In this document: one piece after another, positions 8,381 to 17,805 of the stretch
Position numbering within the stretch: position 1 is the first letter of the stretch
How the letters are laid out: each line of letters opens with the position of its first letter
DNA from: a virus
Virus record (IMG/VR): IMGVR_UViG_3300023174_000094
Span: 1-64,000 of that record
Reading direction: 5' to 3' (one strand)
DNA: 64,000 nucleotides
The notes under the pieces: model-generated
The model's input: only the letters and a program-made list of their open reading frames with translations
What the model was told of the DNA's origin: nothing
The model's database searches: none
Program-made: the position numbers and the translations under genes

Positions 8381-10309
8381 ATGTCACTATTAACAAAAGA
8401 ATTTATCGCAAAGTACGATACACAAACCCCGCCTTGGGGTTTTGGCGGTCTAGGGGAGATTGTATTCCTTAGGACATATAGCAGAAAGATTGAAGGCACT
8501 GATGCTACGGAGTCCTGGACACAAACTATTAAAAGAGTTATTGATGGCGCTGTAGAGATTGGCGTTCCATACACGCAAGAAGAAGCAGAGGCTTTGTTTG
8601 ACCACATGTTTAATTTGCGTTGCTCCGTTGCTGGAAGAGCTTTATGGCAATTAGGCACACCACTTGTTTCACAATTTTCTGGAACATCTCTTAATAATTG
8701 CTTTTACACAAACATTGAGAAGATTCAAGACTTTGAATTGCTTTTTGATTATCTAATGCTTGGCGGTGGAGTTGGATTCTCAGTTGAGCGTTCTAAGATT
8801 CACGATCTTCCGAAAGTGAAGAAAGTAAATTATATTACTGCAGAAAGATCAGCAGACGCTGATTTCATTGTTCCAGACTCACGACAGGGTTGGAGAGAAT
8901 TGCTTCACAAAGTTCTTGAGTCGTATTTCCACACTGGGAAGTCTTTTACATATTCAACAATTCTTATTCGTGAATATGGCGCTCCGCTAAAGACCTTTGG
9001 TGGAATTGCATCTGGTCCTGGCGCTCTTGTTGAGGGCTTAATTGATATTTGTAAAGTTCTTGATGCAAGAGTTGGAAAGAAAGTTCGCTCTGTTGATGTG
9101 TTGGATATTTGCAATATTATTGGTCGCATTGTAATCTCAGGCTCATCACGCCGTTCAGCACAGATTGCAATCGGTGATCCTGATGATGTGTTGTTCCTTC
9201 GTGCCAAAAACTGGGGTAGTGGTAATGTTCCAGCTTGGAGATCAAACAGTAACAATAGTATTTATGCAGACAGTTATGATGAAATTATTGCAGAATTCTG
9301 GAAAGGTTATGACGGAACTGGCGAGCCATATGGTTTGTTAAACAGAAAACTTGCAAGAACACATGGAAGACTCGGTGAGAAGTCACCAGACCCAAGTATT
9401 GAAGGTTTTAATCCTTGTGCAGAAATTGCACTTGCTGATGGTGAGTCATGCAATCTTGCAACAATTTTTTTGCCAAACATTGAATCGCTTGCGCAGATGA
9501 TGGAGGTTTCTAGACTTCTGTACATGTTGCAAAAGCAAGTTACTAGACTTTCATACCCTTATGAAAAAACAAATAGTATTGTTCACAAGAATGCTCGTCT
9601 TGGTCAATCAATTACTGGAGTGTTGCAATGCAGTGAAGTTCAAATTGGTTGGCTTTCAAAGACTTATGAGTACTTGAAGAATTTTGATAAGGCTTATAGC
9701 AAGGAGCGTGGATGGAATCCATCTGTTCGCTTAACCACAGTTCAGCCTTCAGGTACATTGTCATTGCTACCTGGAGTCACCCCTGGTATTCACCCAGCAT
9801 TTGCTAAGTATTACACAAGAAGAGTTCGCTTTAGCTCTGTAGATCCGCTAGTTGATGCTTGTAGAAAGCGTGGTTATAAAGTTGTTTGGGATATTGGCTT
9901 GGATGGTCGTGAAGATCACACCAGATATGTTGTTGAATTCCCATGCAAATCACCAGAGGGATCTATCCTTGCCTCAGAAATGACAGCTGTACAGCAACTT
10001 GAGGTGGTTCAGTCAATGCAGAAGGAGTGGGCGGATAATGCTGTCTCAGTAACTGTTTATTATCGTAAGGAAGAGCTTCCTGCGATTAAAGAATGGTTGA
10101 GTGAGAATTATGATAATGGTGTTAAGTCGGTATCTTTCCTTCTTCATGTTGATCACAACTTTCCTCTTCCTCCATATGAAGAAATTAGTGAAGATGAATA
10201 TAACAAATCTGTTGCAAAACTTGATTTTTCAACACCAATTCATCAAAATGCTACAGACTTAACCCTTGATATGGATAATTGTGCTACAGGTGCATGCCCA
10301 GTCAGATAA
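8381..10309 (+). CDS. nrdJ: Class II (B12-dependent, monomeric RTPR-type) ribonucleotide reductase
   Basis: RTYSR, SLNNC, NPCAEI, ESCNL, TTVQPSGT, C-terminal CATGACP; no small subunit adjacent. Confidence 0.92.
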   Translation: MSLLTKEFIAKYDTQTPPWGFGGLGEIVFLRTYSRKIEGTDATESWTQTIKRVIDGAVEIGVPYTQEEAEALFDHMFNLRCSVAGRALWQLGTPLVSQFSGTSLNNCFYTNIEKIQDFELLFDYLMLGGGVGFSVERSKIHDLPKVKKVNYITAERSADADFIVPDSRQGWRELLHKVLESYFHTGKSFTYSTILIREYGAPLKTFGGIASGPGALVEGLIDICKVLDARVGKKVRSVDVLDICNIIGRIVISGSSRRSAQIAIGDPDDVLFLRAKNWGSGNVPAWRSNSNNSIYADSYDEIIAEFWKGYDGTGEPYGLLNRKLARTHGRLGEKSPDPSIEGFNPCAEIALADGESCNLATIFLPNIESLAQMMEVSRLLYMLQKQVTRLSYPYEKTNSIVHKNARLGQSITGVLQCSEVQIGWLSKTYEYLKNFDKAYSKERGWNPSVRLTTVQPSGTLSLLPGVTPGIHPAFAKYYTRRVRFSSVDPLVDACRKRGYKVVWDIGLDGREDHTRYVVEFPCKSPEGSILASEMTAVQQLEVVQSMQKEWADNAVSVTVYYRKEELPAIKEWLSENYDNGVKSVSFLLHVDHNFPLPPYEEISEDEYNKSVAKLDFSTPIHQNATDLTLDMDNCATGACPVR

Positions 10310-10362
10310 AAATTGAACATCTCTGTACCATTTTTTACAATATTGATGATATAATTTAACTT

Positions 10363-10695
10363 ATGTCGTCAGATATGATTAAAAGTAAAAAACTTTGGGT
10401 TCCAGAAAGAAGATATGGAGTTTGTGTCTACTTTACAAAAGATGGCGAAGCTTTGTCCGATGGCGATGGAGTTCTTTCAGCAGAAGGTATTGTTGATGAC
10501 CCATCCATTGAAAGAAGAGTCCTTCAGGCTGGTAAGTACTGGTCAGGCGATGATGACGGATATATTAGATGGGTTGCTGGTGCTAGAAAAATTAGTGCAT
10601 CTGAAAGAGATGATCAAACAGAAAGATTAGCTGCAGGTTTTGTAGCTGACCCTTATGAAGACATGTTTGATGAGCACTTTGGAAATAGGGGTTAA
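10363..10695 (+). CDS. Hypothetical protein upstream of portal, leaderless
   Basis: TATAAT 7 nt before the ATG. Confidence 0.7.
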   Translation: MSSDMIKSKKLWVPERRYGVCVYFTKDGEALSDGDGVLSAEGIVDDPSIERRVLQAGKYWSGDDDGYIRWVAGARKISASERDDQTERLAAGFVADPYEDMFDEHFGNRG

Positions 10696-10696
10696 C

Positions 10697-12331
10697 ATGG
10701 AAAGAAAAATGGAAGTTGTTGAAGACTTTATTGTTGAAAATGAAATAGATGATATTTCATATATTGGCAATCTTGAAAAAGTAGAAGAGTATGATCCTTT
10801 TGATTCCGTAAAAATTTCTACGCTATCGCCAAAAATGAAAAGAAAAGCGCAAAGGCTTCAGAAGAAGCATGAAGGTGCTGATGGCACTCCATCTAAATAT
10901 ATTGATCCAGAAAGAGTTAGTGGTTATTCGCTTTATGACATTGTAAATCCACCTTATGACTTAGATACGCTTGCTGGTCTTTACGATCAAAGTTCAATTC
11001 ATTACGCTGCAATTAACGCTAGGGTTATGAACACTGTAGGTCTTGGTTATAGTTTTACTGAAACACTGAAGGCAAAAAGAAAGATTGAAAGAGCTCAAGA
11101 TGATCCAGCAAAGCTAGAGCGTGTAAGAAATTCAATGCAGGATCTTAAAGAAGGTCTTGACGAACTTTTTGAAAATTTAAATGTTGAAGAAACACTTATT
11201 GAAACACTAGTCCGTGTCTGGCAAGATGTTTTGACTGTGGGTAATGGATACCTGGAAATCGGTAGAAACAATTCGGGTCAGATTGGCTACATTGGTCATG
11301 TTCCAGCAACATTGGTTCGTGTAAGAAGAAAGCGTGATGGCTATGTGCAGATTGCAAAAAGCAATAAGATTCAAGCAGTCTTCTTTAGGCAGTTTCAAGA
11401 TAAAGAAACTCAAGATCCAATTAATAACGATCCAAAGCCGAACGAGTTAATTCACTTTAAAATTTATTCACCAAACAATACTTACTACGGTGTTCCTGCA
11501 GCCGTTTCTGCAGCGGCGGCAATTATCGGAGACAAGTTTGCAAAGGAATACAATATTGACTACTTTGAAAATAAAGCTATCCCTCGCTATGCAATTATTT
11601 TAAAGGGTGCAAAGCTGAGTAACAAGTCTAAAATGGAATTGATTAACTACTTTAGAAATGAAGTTAAAGGTCGTAATCATGGAACTTTGGTTATACCAAT
11701 TCCGTCAAGCATCGGTTCAGATGCAGATATTAAATTTGAAAAGCTTGAAGCTGGAGTGCAAGATGCTTCTTTTGATAAGTATCGTAAATCAAACAGAGAT
11801 GAAATTCTTGTAGCAAACAGAGTGCCAGCTCCAAAGGTTGGAGTTTATGATAACGCTAACCTGGCAGTGTCAAGAGATGCGGATAAGAGTTTTAAGATGC
11901 AAGTAATTGGACCAGATCAAGCTGTTATTGAAAAGAAGCTTAATAGATTGATTGCAGAGTTTACAGATATGGTTCAGATCAAACTAAACAAGATTGATCT
12001 TATTGATGAAGATATTCAATCAAGAATTAATGATAGATATCTTAGAACAGAAGTTATTACACCTAATGAGGTTAGATCACAAATTGGTCTTCCTGAAAGA
12101 ACAGAGGGTGATGATGTTCTTCCTTTCCCAACCAATGTTAAGAAAGAGCAAAACGAATCTGGAAATACTGGACCAGGTGCTCCAGTAGGAAATTCTAATA
12201 ATGACTCTGCTAATCCGCCAAAGTCACCAACTGGTGATGGCGCAACCAGTGATCCTAGAGCTGATGGCGCTCAAGCCGAGCGTGGTCAGAATCAAGACAA
12301 TGGTACTAATAATGATTCAGGAGGTAACTGA
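10697..12331 (+). CDS. Portal protein
   Basis: GNGYLEI.R, ELIHFK..P...YYGVP, YFENKAIP and ITPNEVR..IGL; position before the protease. Confidence 0.93.
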   Translation: MERKMEVVEDFIVENEIDDISYIGNLEKVEEYDPFDSVKISTLSPKMKRKAQRLQKKHEGADGTPSKYIDPERVSGYSLYDIVNPPYDLDTLAGLYDQSSIHYAAINARVMNTVGLGYSFTETLKAKRKIERAQDDPAKLERVRNSMQDLKEGLDELFENLNVEETLIETLVRVWQDVLTVGNGYLEIGRNNSGQIGYIGHVPATLVRVRRKRDGYVQIAKSNKIQAVFFRQFQDKETQDPINNDPKPNELIHFKIYSPNNTYYGVPAAVSAAAAIIGDKFAKEYNIDYFENKAIPRYAIILKGAKLSNKSKMELINYFRNEVKGRNHGTLVIPIPSSIGSDADIKFEKLEAGVQDASFDKYRKSNRDEILVANRVPAPKVGVYDNANLAVSRDADKSFKMQVIGPDQAVIEKKLNRLIAEFTDMVQIKLNKIDLIDEDIQSRINDRYLRTEVITPNEVRSQIGLPERTEGDDVLPFPTNVKKEQNESGNTGPGAPVGNSNNDSANPPKSPTGDGATSDPRADGAQAERGQNQDNGTNNDSGGN

Positions 12332-12591
12332 TGAGTGAAATGTCAATGGTATTTTCAATGCCAAATGTTACAAGTAGTAATGGTGTTGTGTCCATTGGGT
12401 CACATACATCTGAAATAGGGTTTATGAACCAATCTGCAGATTTTGCAGATATTAAATTAAATGGAAAATTTATTGTAAAAATTGGTCATGGACAAACGGA
12501 GGCGCATTTTTATAATGTGTTTGCAGGGGATTATACAACTTTTGAAATTCTTACCGCAAATACTGTAATATCAATGTATGCCCTTGGTTAA
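12331..12591 (+). CDS. Small beta-rich virion protein, paralog A
   Basis: Clear paralog of the next gene; GGAGG SD. Confidence 0.7.
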   Translation: MSEMSMVFSMPNVTSSNGVVSIGSHTSEIGFMNQSADFADIKLNGKFIVKIGHGQTEAHFYNVFAGDYTTFEILTANTVISMYALG

Positions 12592-12600
12592 GGAGGAAAA

Positions 12601-12867
12601 ATGGATTTTGGAAGTTTAGTATATTCAAACACTGGTATTACAAGCTCAAGTGGTGTCGTCAATATTGGAAGTCATACAAATGCTATTCATTTGTGTAATT
12701 TAAATTCAACAACATCTGCAAGCGTTAATCTTAATGGGAGATACACTGTTTTGTGCCCCCATACACCATCTCAGTCATCTGCTAGATATATTCAAATATT
12801 TGGCGATTACACAACTGTTGAAGTATTAACAGCAAATTGCACTATTGCTTTATTTGCTATTGGATAA
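12601..12867 (+). CDS. Small beta-rich virion protein, paralog B
   Basis: Shares GVV.IGSHT and GDYTT.E.LTAN with paralog A; AGGAGG SD. Confidence 0.7.
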   Translation: MDFGSLVYSNTGITSSSGVVNIGSHTNAIHLCNLNSTTSASVNLNGRYTVLCPHTPSQSSARYIQIFGDYTTVEVLTANCTIALFAIG

Positions 12868-12916
12868 TTTGCAATATTGTTAAAAACAATATATTATATA
12901 GAGTTACGAGGCTTAC

Positions 12917-15265
12917 ATGACTGATTTTAATATTTCATTCCCTATTGATATGATCAAAAAGGAACAACGAATTGTGAGTGGTATTGCTACCGCAGATAAT
13001 ATTGACAAATCTAACGATATTGTTGATTTTGAGGCTTCAAAAGAAGCTTTTGCTAATTGGGGTGGAAATATTCGTGAAATGCATGCGCCAATTGCTGTTG
13101 GCAAGGCTGTTAATTATGAGCCAGTAACAATTACTGACAAAGATGGAAACACATATAATGCTTTTAAGGTAGAGGCATATATCTCAAAAGGTGCCGAGGA
13201 TACTTGGCAAAAAGTCCTTGATGGCACTCTTCGTTCTTTTTCTATTGGCGGAAAAGTCATTAAAAAAGAAGAGATGGCTAATAAAATGTACAATGGAAGA
13301 CCGATTAATATTATTAAAAAATATGTTCTAGGCGAACTTAGCCTTGTAGATAACCCAGCAAATGCTTTAGCGGTTATTGACCTTGTAAAAATGAATAACG
13401 AGGGTGGTTTAAATTACGCTCTTGATTGCGATTTGGATTGTCAATTAGCAAAAGCAAAACAACCTTTGAAAGACCCTAAGGGTGGATTGACAGCTGCTGG
13501 AAGAAGACATTTTAAAGAAACAGAGGGTGCCAATCTAAAACCAGGCGTTAGAGGTGCAGCAGATACTCCAGAAAAAATGCGCCGCAAAGGTTCATTCTTG
13601 ACTAGATTTTTTACCAATCCATCTGGTCCAATGAAAAAGCCAAACGGTGAGCCAACAAGGCTTGCCCTCTCAGCAGCAGCTTGGGGTGAACCTATTCCTC
13701 AAAATGCTCAAGATGCGGCTGAATTAGCCGCTAAAGGAAGAAGATTGTTAGAGCGATATCAGAATACTAAAGAAAAATTTGATATTGAGAATGAATTTGA
13801 AAATATTACTCTTGAAGAGTCAATACTTAAAGGAATTGCGGATCAATTAGAGGATTGCGACTGTGGTTGTGGTTCTTGCGGTAATTTAGAAAAAGATGGT
13901 CTTGGTGCTGGCGGTGGGTCTCCAGCTGTTTCTGTAAGTACAGACAATTCTGAGTCAAAGTATCCATCACGAAACGGGATTAAAAGCCCAACAATTCCTG
14001 GATTCCCTTCTGGTTATCCAAAGTTTAGATCAAAAAGGAAAAAGAAGAAGGAGAAAAATATGAATAGTGAAGATCCTATCAGTAAAGAGGTGAGTGGTGT
14101 GAACAGTACCGTTGCATCACTTCAGGAGCTCCTTGCGAATATGACTGTATTTTATGCGTCAGCTCATAGAGCTCACTGGAATGTAGAAGGTGTTGACTTT
14201 GCTCAATATCATGAGCTTTTTGGAGAAATTTATGAAGATGCTTATGGTTCAATAGATCCAACAGCAGAGCTTGTAAGAAAGCTTGGCGCATTCCCTCCGA
14301 CACTCTCAGAATCTGAGGATATGGCTATGTTTGAGGATGATTCATCCACTACTAGCGCAAGAGATTTAGCTATGGATCTTTACATAAAAAATATGGGTCT
14401 CCTTGCAGTTCTTAAGTCTGTTTTTGATGTAGCAAATGCTGCAAATGAGCAAGGTGTTGCAAACTTTGTTGCGGAAAGAATTGATATGCATCAGAAATGG
14501 GACTGGCAGCTTTTGGCTACCCTTAGAGTTGATGGCGTTCAAATCCCTTCTTTAGTTGAAGATGACACTGAAGAAAACGACACTGAAGAACCAACCGCTA
14601 GAGACATCATGAATATGATTAATGATGTTTTTGGTAGTTCAACAAATAAGTCTTTTAATGCACAAACTGTTAAAGAATTTGATACAATTGATCAAGAAGA
14701 AAATAAAAATATGGAATCAATTATTAAGCAAGATATTGAATTGCAGGAAAACAATAATTATGATAAGATCTCTGACATGAATGAACAAGAAGCAAATAAG
14801 CTTAGTCTTTTGAAGAAGTTTGTTGGTTGGTTGTTCCAAGATGTCAAGGAAACAACTTCAACTTCCGTTGAAGTAAGTGGAAACACACAGGAGGAAGAAA
14901 TGGATATTAACATCCTTAAAGACGCTCTGAGTGCTGTTGTTGATGAAAAACTGGCTAGTTTTGCTACTTCAATCAAGGAAGAAGTTGAAGCCTCTGTTCA
15001 GGAAAAAATTGAAGCAGTTGCTAAGAGTTTTGAAGTTCAGAGTGCTGAACTGCAACAAAAGCTGGAAACAGCAGAGCTTGCTCTATCAGAGCAAACAGAA
15101 AAAGTTGAGGCATTTGCCGCAGCTGGCGCTGTAAAGAAAAGCGTAGATCCAGAAGACGCTGAAGAAGAGGAGGGTGAAGCACTTATTAAGTCAGCTCCAA
15201 CTTCTTTCTGGAAGAATACATATTTGCCACAGGAGTTAATTAACTCCCTAGGTTATAGGTCATAA
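12917..15265 (+). CDS. HK97-type prohead protease fused to DUF6321-like, Dps/ferritin-like and scaffold domains
   Basis: IREMH, SFSIGG, ELSLVDNPAN (protease); DPKGGLTAAGR..NLKPGV; AHWNVEG..YHELF..DPTAE (Dps); C-terminal coiled coil. Confidence 0.88.
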   Translation: MTDFNISFPIDMIKKEQRIVSGIATADNIDKSNDIVDFEASKEAFANWGGNIREMHAPIAVGKAVNYEPVTITDKDGNTYNAFKVEAYISKGAEDTWQKVLDGTLRSFSIGGKVIKKEEMANKMYNGRPINIIKKYVLGELSLVDNPANALAVIDLVKMNNEGGLNYALDCDLDCQLAKAKQPLKDPKGGLTAAGRRHFKETEGANLKPGVRGAADTPEKMRRKGSFLTRFFTNPSGPMKKPNGEPTRLALSAAAWGEPIPQNAQDAAELAAKGRRLLERYQNTKEKFDIENEFENITLEESILKGIADQLEDCDCGCGSCGNLEKDGLGAGGGSPAVSVSTDNSESKYPSRNGIKSPTIPGFPSGYPKFRSKRKKKKEKNMNSEDPISKEVSGVNSTVASLQELLANMTVFYASAHRAHWNVEGVDFAQYHELFGEIYEDAYGSIDPTAELVRKLGAFPPTLSESEDMAMFEDDSSTTSARDLAMDLYIKNMGLLAVLKSVFDVANAANEQGVANFVAERIDMHQKWDWQLLATLRVDGVQIPSLVEDDTEENDTEEPTARDIMNMINDVFGSSTNKSFNAQTVKEFDTIDQEENKNMESIIKQDIELQENNNYDKISDMNEQEANKLSLLKKFVGWLFQDVKETTSTSVEVSGNTQEEEMDINILKDALSAVVDEKLASFATSIKEEVEASVQEKIEAVAKSFEVQSAELQQKLETAELALSEQTEKVEAFAAAGAVKKSVDPEDAEEEEGEALIKSAPTSFWKNTYLPQELINSLGYRS
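14741..14779 (+). promoter_or_regulatory. Internal promoter with in-frame leaderless ATG (scaffold)
   Basis: TTGCAG(14741)-17-TAAGAT(14764) with TG extension, 7 nt to in-frame ATG 14777. Confidence 0.6.
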
Positions 15266-15285
15266 GGTAAGGAGGAATAACTACT

Positions 15286-16332
15286 ATGGCAACACAAGAA
15301 GAAATTTTGGCGAAAGCCAATGAAGTAACAACTACGGTTGTTTCAAATAGCAGCCCAGTAAGCGGTGGTGGTGGTCTTCTCTACCCAGAGCAGGCAAACC
15401 GTTTCTTGGACTTCATCGTGGATCAGTCGGTTCTCATGCAGAACGCAAGAGTGGTTCGTATGCGTACACCTCAGATGGACATTGATAAGGTGTCTGTTGG
15501 TACTCGTTTGCTTGCAAAAGCAACTGAAGCAACCGATGATGGTGCAAACGCAGCAGTAACATTCAGCAAGGTTTCGCTTTCAACTGTAAAGCTCCGTCTT
15601 GACTGGAACATTTCAACAGAATCGTTGGAAGACAACATTGAAGGTGCATCGTTGGAAGACCATATCGCACAGATCATGGCTCGCCAGACTGCAAACGACA
15701 TGGATGACCTCTTCATTAACGGTAACACATCGTCAAACAACGGTCTCTTGAAGGCTCTTGATGGCTTTAACAAGTTGGCAAGAACATCGGGTCGTGTTGT
15801 AGATTTCGCTGGAAACAATGTTTCTAGAGCAACTTATGACAAGATTCTCCGTAACTTGCCAAGCAAGTACTTGCAGCGCCGTAATGAACTGAGATTCTTC
15901 TCAGGTCCAGGTGTTGTTCAGGACTCAATCTACAGCTTGGGTAATCCAAACTCGGCAACTGACGCAACAGCAGGCGCACCTGCTCCAATGTCAACGGCTG
16001 GTGAAATGGCATTCTTGCAAGGTTCAATGAGAGCAAATGGTGGTCCAGGTGCAACTGGTCTTGCACCATTTGGTATTAACCTCATTGAAGTGCCTTTGAT
16101 GCCAGAAACGGCAGCTGGTGACTACTCAGGAACAGCTGGTTCGCATGGTTTCGTGGAACTTACATTCCCTAACAACCGTGTAATCGGTATCCACCGTGAC
16201 ATCACAGTGTACCGCCAGTTCAAGCCAAAGACTGACACAATTGAGTACACACAGTACATGAGAGTAGCAAACAACATTGAAAATGCTGATTCATATGTAA
16301 TCGGTAAGAATGTTAAGTTGCGCACACTCTAA
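15286..16332 (+). CDS. Major capsid protein (HK97 fold)
   Basis: GGLLYPEQANRF, ESLEDNIEG and DLFINGN; strong SD; high-expression codon bias; terminator follows. Confidence 0.93.
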   Translation: MATQEEILAKANEVTTTVVSNSSPVSGGGGLLYPEQANRFLDFIVDQSVLMQNARVVRMRTPQMDIDKVSVGTRLLAKATEATDDGANAAVTFSKVSLSTVKLRLDWNISTESLEDNIEGASLEDHIAQIMARQTANDMDDLFINGNTSSNNGLLKALDGFNKLARTSGRVVDFAGNNVSRATYDKILRNLPSKYLQRRNELRFFSGPGVVQDSIYSLGNPNSATDATAGAPAPMSTAGEMAFLQGSMRANGGPGATGLAPFGINLIEVPLMPETAAGDYSGTAGSHGFVELTFPNNRVIGIHRDITVYRQFKPKTDTIEYTQYMRVANNIENADSYVIGKNVKLRTL

Positions 16333-16353
16333 TTAAAAATTAGTAAAATGGTG

Positions 16354-16384
16354 AAAGGCGGGGCTATTTACGCCCCGCCTTTTA
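16354..16384 (+). terminator. Intrinsic terminator
   Basis: AAAGGCGGGGC / GCCCCGCCTTTT. Confidence 0.88.
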
Positions 16385-16431
16385 TCATATATAGATTGAT
16401 TTAAATAGATATAAGTGATAGTATTGATAAT

Positions 16432-16731
16432 ATGACTAAACAAGAAGTAAGCATCACTACAGAAAATATTAACAAACCAAATAAAGCACCTGTCAAAAAA
16501 GCTGCTCCTAAAAAAGAAGTGGAATTAAAAGATATTTCTCCAGAAGGAAAAATTATTATACTTTTTGAATCTGGTGCTGGATATACAACTAGCTCTGGTT
16601 TTGAGTTTTCTCAAACAAGAAAAATGGCTGAATTACCAGAGCAAGAAGCAAACCTGCTTCTTGCACTAGATAATTTCAGATTACCTAGTGATGAAGAAAA
16701 AGAATTGTACTATACTAATCAGGAGGATTAA
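16432..16731 (+). CDS. Hypothetical virion-associated protein, leaderless
   Basis: TTGATT-17-TAGTAT-7-ATG. Confidence 0.7.
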   Translation: MTKQEVSITTENINKPNKAPVKKAAPKKEVELKDISPEGKIIILFESGAGYTTSSGFEFSQTRKMAELPEQEANLLLALDNFRLPSDEEKELYYTNQED

Positions 16732-16733
16732 TA

Positions 16734-17117
16734 ATGGCAGGCAATCTTACAAACTATCTTGAGAACAAGCTGATTGATCACTTTCTTGGGACTACCACTT
16801 ACACGAAGCCAGCGGCTGTCTATGTAGGGTTGTTTACAGTATCTCCAGGTGAAGCTGGTGGTGGAACAGAAGTTACTGGCGGATCATATGCTCGCAAAGT
16901 TGCAACATTCACTGCCGCCTCAAGCGGAGCAACATCAAATGATGCCAATATTGATTTTACAGGAATGCCAGCTGCTACTACTGTAGCAATCGGTATCTTT
17001 GATGCTATAACTAGTGGTAATATGTTGCTGTACGGAACTCTTACTACAAATAAAACAACTGATGCTGGGGATACTCTAAGAATTGCAACAGGCGATCTTG
17101 ATATCAGCATTGACTAG
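16734..17117 (+). CDS. Virion structural protein (fibre base/collar type)
   Basis: YLENKLIDH..YVGLFT..GGTEVTGGSYAR..GNMLLYG family pattern. Confidence 0.75.
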   Translation: MAGNLTNYLENKLIDHFLGTTTYTKPAAVYVGLFTVSPGEAGGGTEVTGGSYARKVATFTAASSGATSNDANIDFTGMPAATTVAIGIFDAITSGNMLLYGTLTTNKTTDAGDTLRIATGDLDISID

Positions 17118-17126
17118 GGGATTACT

Positions 17127-17471
17127 ATGTTGAGAAGAGAATTTAGCGGTGCTGTTCTTAGAACTACTATAACGAGTAGCCTTTCTAACTCCGCTACTTC
17201 TTTTAATGTTGTTGATGGATCAACATATCCGACTGGTGAAAATCATCCTTTTGTTATCGTTATTGATCGTGGTTACATCTCTGAAGAAAAAATTTTAATT
17301 TCTTCAAGATCCTCAAATACTTTTACTGTAAATCAAAGAGGATATGACGGAACAACCGCTGTTGCTCATGATTCTGGTTCGTTTATTGATCATGTTTTAG
17401 ATGCATCTGTTATTCAAGATATGAATACAACAACTTATGATAATGAAGTTTTAATGTGGATGGGGGTATAA
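17127..17471 (+). CDS. Virion structural protein
   Basis: EEKILI..RGYDGT.A.AH motif, also present twice in the 49722 protein. Confidence 0.7.
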   Translation: MLRREFSGAVLRTTITSSLSNSATSFNVVDGSTYPTGENHPFVIVIDRGYISEEKILISSRSSNTFTVNQRGYDGTTAVAHDSGSFIDHVLDASVIQDMNTTTYDNEVLMWMGV

Positions 17472-17472
17472 G

Positions 17473-17805
17473 ATGGCAAATTTAACGCCAAAAAGTTTCT
17501 ATATAGGGAGCGGAACTGCTTCTAATGTATATACAACTGCAAACACGGTTGGCAATTATTCAATTATTAAAAATATTAATCTTTGTAATTCTACTTCTTC
17601 AACTGCAGTATGCAGTATACATATTCTTGTAGGAGCGGCTACACCAGCAGCAAATAACAAAGTTGTGAGCAATATTAGTGTGCTCGGAAACAATGTTGTA
17701 TTTTATAACACAGCCTTAGTCGTACCTGCTAATAGTAAAATCTATGTAGATCAAGTAACAGCTAACGCTGTGACATTTACAATTAGCGGTGTAGAATATG
17801 CCTGA
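17473..17805 (+). CDS. Virion structural protein
   Basis: Beta-rich; INLCN and ISGVE motifs. Confidence 0.7.
   Translation: MANLTPKSFYIGSGTASNVYTTANTVGNYSIIKNINLCNSTSSTAVCSIHILVGAATPAANNKVVSNISVLGNNVVFYNTALVVPANSKIYVDQVTANAVTFTISGVEYA

Noticed and set aside
8381-10309. Intein or intron in RNR (also checked DnaB)
   Set aside because: Normal lengths, continuous motifs, no splicing signatures.
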